A stretch of DNA of 64,000 bases from Pirellulales bacterium (GTDB lineage: Bacteria > Planctomycetota > Planctomycetia > Pirellulales > PALSA-1355). The stretch covers positions 384,001-448,000 of the forward strand of contig CAVTBU010000005.1 in the NCBI GenBank assembly GCA_963733035.1. The letters run 5' to 3'. The notes below the pieces were generated by a model, which did not search any database, was not told where the DNA came from, and saw only the letters and a program-made list of their open reading frames with translations. A program made the position numbers and the translations under genes. Shown piece by piece: positions 1 through 10,384 of the stretch. Numbering within the stretch: position 1 is the first letter of the stretch; every line of letters starts with the position of its first letter.

Positions 1-1020
1 GATGACGATCTGGTCGCGGCGCACGTGCTTGACCCAATGCTTCCAGCGTGAGAGGGCGTCTCTCGTGACCGGGAACACCATGCCGACGTGCGAAAGTTCG
101 ATATCGCGACCGCCGATCACGCTGGGGATGGCACCCACGTGGCGCCCCATACCCCAGCCCTGGTCGCGGGTGTAATTGCTAATCGGTGTGTTCGAAAGAC
201 CACCGCAGCCGGCCACGGCGGCAAACGCCGCCAGAATGGCAATCGTGCTGAAGTCGATCGTCGGAAAGCCGCGACCCTGTATCAGAGCGAGAAAGATGTT
301 CTCAGTCGCGTCGTCGGCACCCCCTTGAACCGGCACCGTGCCAAACCGCACAAAGCCCGTGATGATCTCGCTCCAAGTGTCGAAGTTCGAAAAGAAGATC
401 GCCAGAAACAGCAGGAAACCCAGGACGGTGACAATCTTGAACGACATCACGAGCTTGAGGGTGTTGTAGATCTTGCCGCCAAAAACCAACGGCAACATGG
501 CCAACAGAAACACGGCAATGCCCAGGCCGCGGACGAGCGCTTCATCCCCTGCGCCCGACGGAATGCGGCCGAGATAGACCGCGGCTAGCGGTGTGGCCGC
601 GTTGGCGGCCAAGTAGGGAAACACGGCGCCGAAATCGAGCAGCAGGTAGATGAAGAGCCAGAATCGTGGCCCGGGAAGCGTGCGAAATTTGCCCGTGAAA
701 ATCGGCTCGCCGGTATAGAGCGTGTAGCGGCTGATCTCGATGTTGTAGAAAACCTGGCCGAGGATGCTGAGCGTGGCCAGCCACATTAGCGCCCCGCCGT
801 AGCGAGCCGTGACCGCCGGGCCCGCCAGCCATTCTCCGCCGCCGATTGCCGAGCCCCCTACCAGCAGGCCAGGGCCCAGCATCGCGAACCAGTTCTGCCA
901 GGTGAAGCGTGGAGCGTCGACCAGCGGGCCGACGTCCCAGCGGGGCATTTGATGCGAACCGGGCCATGGCGCAACCGGCGCGTCTTCGCGCTCGGCCGAG
1001 GCGATTGTAGCTTCCGCCAT
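1..1020 (-). CDS. Nramp-family (YcsG-like) divalent metal/APC-type transporter, 3' end outside window
   Basis: Absent from the ORF track because it runs off the edge. Manual translation from ATG at 1020 gives MAEATIASAER...MLGPGLLVGGSAIGGGEWLAGPAVTARYGGALMWLATLSILGQVFYNIEISRYTLYTGE...GGKIYNTLKLVMSFKIV...RWKHWVKHVRRDQIVI, still in frame at position 1. Many hydrophobic helices. Confidence 0.8.
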   Translation of the reverse strand, partial: MAEATIASAEREDAPVAPWPGSHQMPRWDVGPLVDAPRFTWQNWFAMLGPGLLVGGSAIGGGEWLAGPAVTARYGGALMWLATLSILGQVFYNIEISRYTLYTGEPIFTGKFRTLPGPRFWLFIYLLLDFGAVFPYLAANAATPLAAVYLGRIPSGAGDEALVRGLGIAVFLLAMLPLVFGGKIYNTLKLVMSFKIVTVLGFLLFLAIFFSNFDTWSEIITGFVRFGTVPVQGGADDATENIFLALIQGRGFPTIDFSTIAILAAFAAVAGCGGLSNTPISNYTRDQGWGMGRHVGAIPSVIGGRDIELSHVGMVFPVTRDALSRWKHWVKHVRRDQIVI

Positions 1021-1330
1021 CTAAAACTTCCCGTGCCTGGGGTGCAGGGAGCCGGCCGCGCCCTTCACTCCGAAGACGGCCGCCAACGTCCGGAGCGGCC
1101 ACTCGCAAGCGTTTCGGGAGACCGAGCCAGGACCGCACCATGGGCCGGTCAAGGCCGGAAAAACGCCGTCGCCGCCGGCTCCGGGCTATTCGTTTTACCG
1201 TCCGTGGCAAACCTACCAGGTACGTGTATAACCGGCCGCGTGGGCGGCGTCCACCATTGTCCGCGCGACACGCAAAAAAGTTCCCGACCGTGGCAGACTT
1301 TGACGATTACCTCGGGGGCGATTCGCCCCT

Positions 1331-1507
1331 CTACAGTGCTCCGCGACGGTCCTCGAAGAAGGCCACGAGCGCAAAGGTGGCGATCGGCCCTAGCAACAGC
1401 GACAACAAGAACCAGTTCAGCCCGCTGCGGTATTTTCCCTGGGCCAGGCCGGCATTGATGAGCGCGAGCGTGCCCCAGCCAACGAAGTATGGCGAAGGAT
1501 CGTGCAT
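1331..1507 (-). CDS. Small 2-TM membrane protein (58 aa)
   Basis: MHDPSPYFVGWGTLALINAGLAQGKYRSGLNWFLLSLLLGPIAT...; this is the C-terminal part of ORF 1331..1780 and resembles a conserved small bacterial membrane protein (A-x-x-K-x-R-S-x-x-x-W-F pattern). Confidence 0.65.
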   Translation of the reverse strand: MHDPSPYFVGWGTLALINAGLAQGKYRSGLNWFLLSLLLGPIATFALVAFFEDRRGAL

Positions 1508-1542
1508 GGTTTTCTCCGGGTGGCCGGCAAGTACGAGCGGTC

Positions 1543-2121
1543 CTATCGATGCGACCGTTCCATTCCGAAGTTGAGCTTGAGCTGGGGATCCTTCTCGCAG
1601 TCGGGATTCAATTCCTTGAACAGCAGGCTCGGTTGAATGTCGCGATTGTGTTGGTACTTGTCGCTGGAGTACTCGGTGAAAGAGCCGTTTATCTCGTGGT
1701 AGAAGATCTGGCAGATGGGTACGCCGGGATAGATCCGCACCGGCTGCACGGCAAACATCTCCAACGTCCAATAGCCGCAAAAACCCACGTCGCCGAAGCC
1801 AGCGGTCACGTGCACAAATAGCCCTAGACGGCCAACCGACGAGCGCCCCTCGATCATCGGCACCAGGTCGTGCGTTTCGGTTCGTTCGACGGTCCGACCC
1901 AGATAGAGTTGGTTTGGACCCAAGACGACTCCCTCGGGCGGAATCGTGATCCGGCGGACGCGATTCGGTTTCGCCATGTCGAGCACAACCTCTTCGTAGG
2001 TCATCAGCTCGTTGTGCAACGTGAGGTTGTAGCTGTTGGGGTTGAGATTCGCCTCGTTGAACGGATCGATCACGATCGAGCTGCCCAGGCGACGCCGAAT
2101 TTCATGTCCGGAAAGAATCAT
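1543..2121 (-). CDS. dcd: dCTP deaminase
   Basis: MILSGHEI, NPNSYNLTL, EGRSSVGRLGL, TAGFGDVGFCGYWTLE, ICQI motifs. Confidence 0.93.
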   Translation of the reverse strand: MILSGHEIRRRLGSSIVIDPFNEANLNPNSYNLTLHNELMTYEEVVLDMAKPNRVRRITIPPEGVVLGPNQLYLGRTVERTETHDLVPMIEGRSSVGRLGLFVHVTAGFGDVGFCGYWTLEMFAVQPVRIYPGVPICQIFYHEINGSFTEYSSDKYQHNRDIQPSLLFKELNPDCEKDPQLKLNFGMERSHR

Positions 2122-2189
2122 GGCTTTGCTGCCTTTCGGCTAACGGTTCTCCAAGGCCGGCTGGCGCCGTAACTGCTGTCGTGATGCGA

Positions 2190-2846
2190 TCAGACCGTTG
2201 CCTCCACGCCGATCCGCGGGCAGATGTCGGCCAGCGGGCACACCTCGCATTTCGGTTTGCGGGCCACGCAAATCTGCCGTCCGTGGGCGATCATGCGGTG
2301 CGAAAAATCAACCCACTCGCGCTTCGGCAAGAGGGCGATCAGGTCGCGTTCGATCTTCACCGCGTCGCTATGTCGCGTGAGGCCCAGACGTTTGCTCAAA
2401 CGAGTGACGTGTGTGTCAACGACCACACCGGTGGGAATGCCATAGGCCGTGCCTAGCACGACGTTTCCCGTTTTGCGTCCCACGCCGGCCAGCTTGACCA
2501 TCGTGTCGAGATCCCGGGGCACTCGGCCGCCGTAGTTTTCGACCAGTTCGGTGCAGCAGGATTTGATGTTTTTGGCCTTGTTACGAAAGAAGCCCGTACT
2601 CTGAATCGCCCGCTCGAGCTGAGGCAGCTTCGCGCTGGCAAACGCCCGGGCATCGGGATACTTCTTGAACAGGTCCTTCGTGACGATGTTCACCCGGGTG
2701 TCAGTACACTGGGCCGAGAGAATGGTGGCAATCAGAAGCTGCAGCGGCGTTTTAAAGTTGAGCGCACAGTGCGCGTCGGGATAGGCCGCCTTCAGCCGCC
2801 TGACAACTTGGGCGGCATGGCGCTTTGCGTCGGCAGTCGCAACCAT
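2190..2846 (-). CDS. nth: Endonuclease III
   Basis: ILSAQCTD, HhH motif LAGVGRKTGNVVL, VDTHVTR, [4Fe-4S] motif C-x6-C-x2-C-x5-C. The start could extend to 2873. Confidence 0.95.
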   Translation of the reverse strand: MVATADAKRHAAQVVRRLKAAYPDAHCALNFKTPLQLLIATILSAQCTDTRVNIVTKDLFKKYPDARAFASAKLPQLERAIQSTGFFRNKAKNIKSCCTELVENYGGRVPRDLDTMVKLAGVGRKTGNVVLGTAYGIPTGVVVDTHVTRLSKRLGLTRHSDAVKIERDLIALLPKREWVDFSHRMIAHGRQICVARKPKCEVCPLADICPRIGVEATV

Positions 2847-2974
2847 GCGGAGCCTGGCGGATTTCGGGGGCAAAGACGAGTTGCTAACACACGCGGCCCC
2901 CGGTTTATCCCTCCGGCGGCCCGCTAATTGTCGCGCACGTGAACGGCGGGGTCAAGTATGCGAAATTGCGCGCC

Positions 2975-3760
2975 CTAGTACTCGTCCGTAAAGCGGCGGA
3001 ACAGGGCCCGGGCATTTCGGGTGGTCTGTTCGCAGAAATCTGTGACCGTTTGACCCCGCGCGTTGGCCAGGCAAGTCGCCGTGTGCACGACGTTGGCCGG
3101 CTCGTTGCGCTTTCCACGCAAGGGCTCGGGCGAGAGGTAGGGGCTGTCCGTCTCAACCAGAATGCGATCTTCGGGAATCGTGGTGGCCACTTCGCGCAGG
3201 GCATCGGACTTTTTATAGGTGACCATGCCAGCGAAGCTGATGTAGAGCCCCATGGCTACGCACTCGCCCGCCGTCTCGAGGCTGCCCGTGAACGAGTGCA
3301 TCACGCCTCGAAGCGGGCCGCGGCGATAGGCCTCGCGGAGCATTTCGAGGATGTCGGCCTCGCAATCGCGCATGTGTACGATGAACGGCAGATCGCGGTC
3401 CTGCGAGAGCCGCAGGTGGCGGTCGAAATAATCCTGCTGCAGTTCCAGCGGCGAGTCGTTCCAATGACGATCGAGACCCGTCTCGCCAATTGCCACAACC
3501 CGCGGCCGGTTGACCAGTGCAACGATACGGCCCCAGTCTCCCAACTCGGCCTCAGCCGTATAGTTGGGCTGGATACCCACGGCGGCATACACACTTGTAT
3601 TGTGCTCCGCCAAATCGCACACCACCTCGCTGGTAACCGCGGTGGTGCCGACCGCCACAATCGCCTCGACGCCGGCCTGCGCTGCCCGGGCAATCACCTC
3701 TGCCCGATCGGCGTTGAATTCCTTCTGATTGATGTGGGCGTGCGTGTCGATGAGGGGCAT
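2975..3760 (-). CDS. tatD: TatD family hydrolase/DNase
   Basis: IDTHAH, IGETGLD, VHMR, HSFTG, ETDSPYL, RGKRNEP. Confidence 0.92.
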   Translation of the reverse strand: MPLIDTHAHINQKEFNADRAEVIARAAQAGVEAIVAVGTTAVTSEVVCDLAEHNTSVYAAVGIQPNYTAEAELGDWGRIVALVNRPRVVAIGETGLDRHWNDSPLELQQDYFDRHLRLSQDRDLPFIVHMRDCEADILEMLREAYRRGPLRGVMHSFTGSLETAGECVAMGLYISFAGMVTYKKSDALREVATTIPEDRILVETDSPYLSPEPLRGKRNEPANVVHTATCLANARGQTVTDFCEQTTRNARALFRRFTDEY

Positions 3761-3845
3761 GGGTCGTATTATGGCTTGGGCTGGCTCGCTCGATGAGCGC
3801 TGGTCACTCCGGCATACGGGAGAAACCGTGCCGGCGGCTTGGCCG

Positions 3846-4301
3846 CTACCGCTTCACCCACGTCGCGCCGACTTTGGCAACTTCGGCCGCCAACTCCTCG
3901 AGCGATTCGAGATGGCCGCGGGCGCTACCCAAGGCTTCTTCGGCGAGTGATCGAGCTTCAAAGTCGCCCTGCAATTGTCCCATATAACGTTCGATCGAGT
4001 CGACGTCGTTCTTCTGGCAGGCGACCAGTTTGCCGACGAGGTAGTCGAACGCGAGGTCGTTGGTGTCGGGAAAGTCGAGCGGATAATCGCCGAGTTCGAC
4101 GGGGCCGTAGTGATCGACAATGTGCTGGCCAATGCGCGTGGCAAGCTGTTCCTGGTCTTCGACGATGTGATGCAGGACCTCGACGGCTTTTTCGTCGCCC
4201 CGATGCGTCCAGGGCGCAGCATCGGTCAGATACATAGGAAGCGAACGATACAGAACCGTCAGCAGACGATTGAGCGCGTCGTGATTGCCAGGCTTGCTCA
4301 T
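3846..4301 (-). CDS. Hypothetical protein, probable ferritin-like four-helix bundle
   Basis: All-helical acidic 151-aa ORF directly after nuoN (e.g. HHIVEDQEQ, ARGHLESLEEL). The fold is inferred from the helix pattern. Confidence 0.6.
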   Translation of the reverse strand: MSKPGNHDALNRLLTVLYRSLPMYLTDAAPWTHRGDEKAVEVLHHIVEDQEQLATRIGQHIVDHYGPVELGDYPLDFPDTNDLAFDYLVGKLVACQKNDVDSIERYMGQLQGDFEARSLAEEALGSARGHLESLEELAAEVAKVGATWVKR

Positions 4302-4325
4302 GCGCGGTTCCGTGCAAAACGATTC

Positions 4326-6089
4326 TTAGAACAACTGCCCGGTAGCGACCCGAGCCAACAGATTCAGGCTCTCCGGCCAAATGCCGAGCACGATCAGCGG
4401 TAGGCTCACCAGCACCACAAAGGTGCCCGGAATGTACGACAGGCTCCCCGGACGGCGAGTTTCGGGCTCGGGGTCGATGGTCATAACTTTCACGACCCGC
4501 AGATAATAGTACAGACTGATCGCGGTGTTCAAGCCGGCAATCACCAGCACGACCCACATCTTGGCGGCCACCAGCGAGGCAAAGATCTGATACTTGCCGA
4601 AAAACCCAGCCAGCGGCGGGATGCCGATCAGGCTGATCAGAATGACCGAAAAGCAGATGGCCACGATCGGCGCCCGATTGATGAGCCCGGCATAGTCTTC
4701 GATCTCTTCGCTGTGCAGCATATTGCGCAGGAAGGCCACCACCGCAAAAGCACCGAGATTCATGAAGAGGTAGGCGCCCGCATAAAAGGCCATGGCGCTG
4801 ATCGCCGTGCGGGCGCTAACGGCGTCGCTACCGGCCAGCACCATGGCGGCCGCAACCGGCATCATCATGTAGCCGGCCTGGGCGATCGTAGAATACGCCA
4901 GCAACCGCTTGATGTTCGTTTGCCCGTACGCCGCCAGGTTGCCGAACGTGCAGGTGATAACCGCCACAAACGCCACCAGGCGCAAAAGGAAGTTCCGCGC
5001 AGGCTCGAGAGCGGCGATTTGAGTCTGACGGTCGGGAAGTGGCGCGAAACCGGGCGTTTCGGACGACGGTTGCTGTTCGGTGTGAGCGTCTTGGACATGC
5101 TCGGCTGTACCTTCCTTGGCGTGTTCGTCCGCCTTGGCGTCCGAGGTCTCGTCGGTCGCGTCCGCTTCACCGGAGACGTTGAACAACGCGACTTTCTGTA
5201 CCGGTGCTTCTTCAACCGGCGAAGGCACGTATCCAAATCCAATTGCCACCCGGGCCAACAGCGCCAGCGCGGCGGCCTTTGAGGCGACCGACAAGAAAGC
5301 GTTTACCTCGGCGCTGGCCCCCTCGAACACATCGGGGCACCAGAAGTGAAACGGCACGGCGGACAACTTGAACGCCAAGCCAACCATCACCATCAGTCCG
5401 CCGAGGACCAGCACCATGTGCGTGTCGACGCCGACACCTTGCTCGAGGTTGGCCGGTTGCAATAGTTCGGCCAGGCGAACCGCCATCGTTGGAATGTGTG
5501 CCGAACCGAGTACGCCGCACAAAAGGCTGATGCCGTACAGCATAATGCCGGCGGCGCCGGCGCCATAGACTGCATATTTAAGGGCCGCCTCGCTGCTCTG
5601 TCGGCGCCCCTTGAGCAAACCGGCCAGAGCATAGGACGGCACGCTTGCCATCTCCACCCCCAGAAAGATCATCAGCACATTGTTGGCCGAAGCCATGATG
5701 CACATGCCCAGCGTGGCCCCCAGCACCAGGGCATAGACGTCCGGCGCGGCATCGCGATCGGGCACGCCCGAAATGCGCGTAAAAATGGCGAATAGCACCG
5801 CGAAGAACAACAGCAGCGTACGGAAGTAAACGGTGAAAGTGTCGTAAACCAGCAAACCAGTGAATATCTCAGTGGGCTGCTCAAGCGTCTTCCAGGGACC
5901 GGCTAAATAGAGGGCCACGGCCGAGCCCGCGAGCATCACATAGAACGAGTCGATACGGCTGGTGACTCGCGGAATTCGCAGTAGGAGGAGCAGCACAATC
6001 GTAACGCAGAGCGTGAGTTCCCCTTCGAACCCAGCGGCACTGCGAATGGAATCGGCCGTCAACGAATGAATCAGATCGTACAGAGTCAC
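4326..6089 (-). CDS. nuoN: NADH-quinone oxidoreductase subunit N
   Basis: SEAALKYAVYG, FKLSAVPFHFWCPDVFEG, QTNIKRLLAYSTIAQAGY, GIPPLAGFFGK. Carries a long acidic insertion. Confidence 0.95.
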   Translation of the reverse strand: MTLYDLIHSLTADSIRSAAGFEGELTLCVTIVLLLLLRIPRVTSRIDSFYVMLAGSAVALYLAGPWKTLEQPTEIFTGLLVYDTFTVYFRTLLLFFAVLFAIFTRISGVPDRDAAPDVYALVLGATLGMCIMASANNVLMIFLGVEMASVPSYALAGLLKGRRQSSEAALKYAVYGAGAAGIMLYGISLLCGVLGSAHIPTMAVRLAELLQPANLEQGVGVDTHMVLVLGGLMVMVGLAFKLSAVPFHFWCPDVFEGASAEVNAFLSVASKAAALALLARVAIGFGYVPSPVEEAPVQKVALFNVSGEADATDETSDAKADEHAKEGTAEHVQDAHTEQQPSSETPGFAPLPDRQTQIAALEPARNFLLRLVAFVAVITCTFGNLAAYGQTNIKRLLAYSTIAQAGYMMMPVAAAMVLAGSDAVSARTAISAMAFYAGAYLFMNLGAFAVVAFLRNMLHSEEIEDYAGLINRAPIVAICFSVILISLIGIPPLAGFFGKYQIFASLVAAKMWVVLVIAGLNTAISLYYYLRVVKVMTIDPEPETRRPGSLSYIPGTFVVLVSLPLIVLGIWPESLNLLARVATGQLF

Positions 6090-6120
6090 GGTCGTGGCTG
6101 CTTCTGCTGGTATTTAAGTC

Positions 6121-7885
6121 CTACTGCGAACGATGACTGGCAACGGACGCCGCCGGAGCCGATCGAATGACGCTGGCCGTCTTGGGCTCGCCCGGCTCGA
6201 CTCGCGCGGTCCAAGCCGCCAGGTTGTCGACGGTGCGGTCCACGCTGGGAGTCATGTAGCGGAATACAAATTGGGGATATACGCCAAGCAAAATCGCAAA
6301 GGCAAACAGCGGCGCCGCAATGGCCAACTCGCGGCCGGTGATCGGCGTGAGATCTTCAGCGTGCGGGCCCTTGTATTCGGGTCCGAGGTAAACTCGCTGC
6401 AACGTCCAGAGGATGTAGGCCGCGGTCAAAACCACGACCGACGCCGCCACCACGGCCAATGCGTGGCTATAGCTCCACACGGACAGCGTCACGAACACTT
6501 CGCCGATGAACCCGCACAAACCGGGTAGTCCCAAACCGGCGAAGAAAATGCCGATCGCCAGGCCCGAGTAGACGGGCATCTTGGCGAACAGTCCGCCGAA
6601 CTGATCGAGGTTGCGGTGATGCACGCGCTCGTAAACCACGCCCACGATAAAGAACATGCCAGGCGAGGCGATTCCGTGGGCGATCATTTGGAACATGGCG
6701 CCGTTCATTCCCATCTTCCAGGCATCGGCATTGAACTGGTTGCCGGCCACGGCCGACCAGACGCCAATGCCGAGCACAACGTAGCCCATGTGACTCACCG
6801 AGCTGTAAGCAACCAGTCGCTTGAAGTCCTTTTGGGCAAGCGCCGCGAAGGCACCGTAGACCATGCTTACCACGCCCAAGGCACACACGAAGTACGCCAA
6901 TTCGTAACCAGCCGCGGGGCAGATCGGGTAGCAGATGCGAATGATGCCGTAGCCGCCCAGCTTGAGCAAAATGCCGGCCAGGATCATCGAGATCGGCGTC
7001 GGTGCTTCGACGTGGGCGTCGGGTAGCCACGTATGGAGCGGCACCGAGGGAACCTTAATCACAAAGCCGATCAATAGCAGCAGAAACGCCCACCATTGCA
7101 GTGGCTTGCCCAGGATGTCGCCATTGAAGGCGTCGGTGTGCTGGCCGAGCTGCTGCAAGGCCAGGATATTGAACGTGTGCCGGGGGGTCGAGTGAGACTG
7201 CAATTCGGCAAAGCGGGCGGCCTGATCCGACTCGCTCAGCTGGGCATCAATCACGTGCGCGGCGACGAGTTGATCCTTGTCGAGCAACTTCAAGTCGCTG
7301 GCAAAGTACAGCATCAAGATCGCAATCAGCATGAACACACCGCCCAACAGCGTGTAGAGAAAGAACTTGATTGCGGCATATTCACGCCGCGGACCGCCCC
7401 ACACGCCGATGAGGAAGTACATCGGCAACAGCATCACTTCCCAAAATACGTAGAACAGGAAGAAGTCGAGGGCCAGGAACACGCCCAAGACGCCCGTTTC
7501 GAGGATCAGAAACAGGATGCAGTAGGCTTTGACATGTTTTTGGATGGGCCAACTGGCGGCCATCGAAAGCATGGTCACAAACGTGGTAAGTAGCACCAGC
7601 GGAAAACTAATGCCGTCGAGGCCCATGAAGTAGTTGATGTCGAAGCTGGGGATCCAGCCGACCGAAAAGACCTTTTGCATGTCGGAGACGGCCGTATCGA
7701 ACTGCCAGCTTCCGCCCTCGCTCGGAAGTGCCATGACGGCCGTCAGCAAGAACACCACGGCGGTGACCACCAGCGAGAACATCTTCATCGCTTCGGTGCT
7801 CTCCCGCGGAAAAAACGCGAGCACCAGCGCCGACCGCCGGCAAGAAGACTACAAGGCTAAGCAGCGTGAGGTAGGTCGATTCCAT
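6121..7885 (-). CDS. nuoM: NADH-quinone oxidoreductase subunit M (frameshift near 7828, likely sequencing error)
   Basis: GLDGISFPL, FWEVMLLPMYFLIGVWG, IKVPSVPLHTWLPDAHVEAPT, KRLVAYSSVSHMG. The N-terminal MESTYLTLLSLVVFLPAVG (ATG 7885) is in another frame and joins LVLAFFP. Confidence 0.92.
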
Positions 7886-7951
7886 GGTCGCTTTGTTTCC
7901 AACTTTGACCACAACGTCCGGAGCAACCGAACACGCGGCCGAATAGGTTGC

Positions 7952-10384
7952 CTAGGGGCTTGCAAAGGTCGAACTCAATAGCGAAATCAGCACGAACAGC
8001 GTTACCGTACCGATGACGATGAACATTACATATTGCCGAATCCTGCCGGTCTCGGCGGCCCGCAACGTCACGCCCAGGCTGTAGGTCCAGGCGGCAAAGG
8101 TGTTGATCAGACCGTCGACGATGAAGCGATCCGCCAGGTCGTCAAGCCGGGCCAGCATGCGGGTTAAGAGCGCCAAGCCGTCGATGATGCCATCGATGAC
8201 GACCTTGTCGAAGTCGGCAACGCGGCGGGCAACGAACAACACCGGCTGCACAAAGATGACGTTATACAGCTCGTCGAAATACCACTTATTCACAAGGAAG
8301 GTATAAAGCGGCCGGAATTGGTTGGCCACTTCCTTTGGGTTCAGCCAGTTCATACCGTAAAACGCGATCGCCAAACCGAGCCCCGCCAAACCGGTGAGCG
8401 TGGCCCACCAGGTCGATGCGACGTGGATTTCTTGAATGTGCGAAAGATGCTCGTCCGGGTGCGTGAGCTCGGGCAGCAGCGCGCCATTGACCGTCGACAG
8501 AATGCCGGCGGGGCGAGCCTGTTCCAGTAGCGACTGAACGCTAACCGGCAGGAATGGCCAGCCGACGGCCACGGCAAACACCGCCAAGACGACCAGCGGG
8601 TAATACATGATCTTGGGCGATTCATGGGCGTGGTCGTAGCGATGTTGGTCGCGCGGCTTGCCGGCGAAGGTCATGAACCACAGACGGAACATGTAGAACG
8701 CCGTGATCGCGGCACCGCCCGCGGCCACGTAAAACAGCCAGCCGTACTGGGGATTCGCGTTCTTGAACGACATGGCCTGAGCCAGGATGGCGTCCTTCGA
8801 GTAGTGACCGCTCAAGCCGATGGCGAACGGCACTCCGGCACCCATGATGGCCAAGCAACCGGCCAACATCGTGTAGGCCGTGAAGGGCATCTTCTTTCGC
8901 AATCCGCCCATCTGCGTCATGTCGTTCGTATGCACGGCATGGATCACCGAGCCGGAACACATGAACAACAAGCTTTTGAAAAACGCGTGCGTGATCAAGT
9001 GGAACATGCCGGCGCTCCAGCCACCGACGCCAAGGGCCAGCATCATGTAACCGAGCTGGCTCACTGTCGAATAGGCGAGCACGCGTTTGATGTCCACGGC
9101 CACGATGGCGATCGTCGCCGCTACGAACAACGTGATGCAACCGATGATCGCAATTACCAACAGCGCCTCGGGCACGAATACCGGGAAAAATCGCCCCACC
9201 AAGTACACGCCCGCCGCGACCATCGTCGCCGAGTGAACCAGGGCGCTGACCGGAGTGGGACCTTCCATCGCGTCGGGCAACCACACGTGCAGCGGGAACT
9301 GAGCACTCTTTCCCACGCAGCCACAGAAAATACCCAAACCGGCGATGACCAGCAGCCAGTAAGCCGTGCGTCCAACGCCGCCGGGCTCCATATCGGAACG
9401 CCAGTTGGCGATTTGGTCTGTGGTCGGTTCGACTCCTTGGTCGATTTCGTCGGCAGCGGCCGCCTTGACCATGCCGTCGGGTACGACCAGTGCGTGGTGA
9501 TTGGCCTGGCTACGGACCAGTGAGAAGATGCCCGGTTCGGGCGTGCCATCACCATCGGTATCGACGTCGCCAAAGCTGAAGGTTCCCAAAGTGGCGAACA
9601 GGATCATCAAGCCGATGATCATACCGAAGTCGCCCACGCGATTGACAATGAACGCCTTGTTGGCAGCGTTCGAGGCACTTTTGCGTTCGATGTAGAAGCC
9701 AATCAGGAAGTACGAGCAAATGCCCACCAACTCCCAGAAGACAAACACCATCGCGATGTTGCCGGCGATCACGATGCCCAGCATGCTGAAGCAAAATAGC
9801 GACAGGTACTGGAAGAAACGATGAAAACGGCCGGGGCGATGGAGGTGATGGCCATCCGAGAGTGTGACCTCGTGATCGGTCACGTCGTGCAGCTCATCGT
9901 GCATGTAGCCATTGGCATAAAAATGGATACAGGTGGCGATGAATGTGACCATCGAGAACATCAACACCGTGAGTGAGTCGATGTAGTAGCTGATTGACAC
10001 GCGAAGCTTGCCGAACTGGCCAAGCGTGTACCATTCGCCGGCAACGTAGGGCTTTTCAAACGGCTCGTGATGCTCGCCGGCCGTCTTGTGTTCTTCGGTC
10101 TTGGTGTCGTGGTGGGTTTCGCCGTGCCCCTCGTCGTGAGCCGATGCGCCGTGCGAGGCTTCGGCGTGGTGTTCCGGAGGCATGTCGTAATTCGGCAACC
10201 ACACGAAGAACAAGGCGAACAGGGACAAAAGGCATGACGTCAGGATGGCGCCCGTGGCCAGGTAGCCGGCTCCCTGACCGTGCTTACCCATCCGCGGACC
10301 GAAAAACACGATCAACGCAAAGGACGCCAGCGGCACGAGCCAGGCGAGACCTAACAGTACGGGTAGCGTGGAAACCGGATCCAT
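7952..10384 (-). CDS. nuoL: NADH-quinone oxidoreductase subunit L
   Basis: WELVGICSYFLIGF, KAFIVNRVGDFG, GKSAQFPLHVWLPDAMEGPTPVSALVHSATMV, HAFFKSLLF, NKWYFDELY. Contains His-rich insertions. Confidence 0.96.
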   Translation of the reverse strand: MDPVSTLPVLLGLAWLVPLASFALIVFFGPRMGKHGQGAGYLATGAILTSCLLSLFALFFVWLPNYDMPPEHHAEASHGASAHDEGHGETHHDTKTEEHKTAGEHHEPFEKPYVAGEWYTLGQFGKLRVSISYYIDSLTVLMFSMVTFIATCIHFYANGYMHDELHDVTDHEVTLSDGHHLHRPGRFHRFFQYLSLFCFSMLGIVIAGNIAMVFVFWELVGICSYFLIGFYIERKSASNAANKAFIVNRVGDFGMIIGLMILFATLGTFSFGDVDTDGDGTPEPGIFSLVRSQANHHALVVPDGMVKAAAADEIDQGVEPTTDQIANWRSDMEPGGVGRTAYWLLVIAGLGIFCGCVGKSAQFPLHVWLPDAMEGPTPVSALVHSATMVAAGVYLVGRFFPVFVPEALLVIAIIGCITLFVAATIAIVAVDIKRVLAYSTVSQLGYMMLALGVGGWSAGMFHLITHAFFKSLLFMCSGSVIHAVHTNDMTQMGGLRKKMPFTAYTMLAGCLAIMGAGVPFAIGLSGHYSKDAILAQAMSFKNANPQYGWLFYVAAGGAAITAFYMFRLWFMTFAGKPRDQHRYDHAHESPKIMYYPLVVLAVFAVAVGWPFLPVSVQSLLEQARPAGILSTVNGALLPELTHPDEHLSHIQEIHVASTWWATLTGLAGLGLAIAFYGMNWLNPKEVANQFRPLYTFLVNKWYFDELYNVIFVQPVLFVARRVADFDKVVIDGIIDGLALLTRMLARLDDLADRFIVDGLINTFAAWTYSLGVTLRAAETGRIRQYVMFIVIGTVTLFVLISLLSSTFASP

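Noticed and set aside
1021..1330. Mn2+ (yybP-ykoY) riboswitch upstream of the Nramp-like gene; weak repeat CCGTGGCARACYT at ~1202 and ~1288
   Set aside because: The riboswitch consensus elements are not visible, and two short GC-rich copies are too weak to call.
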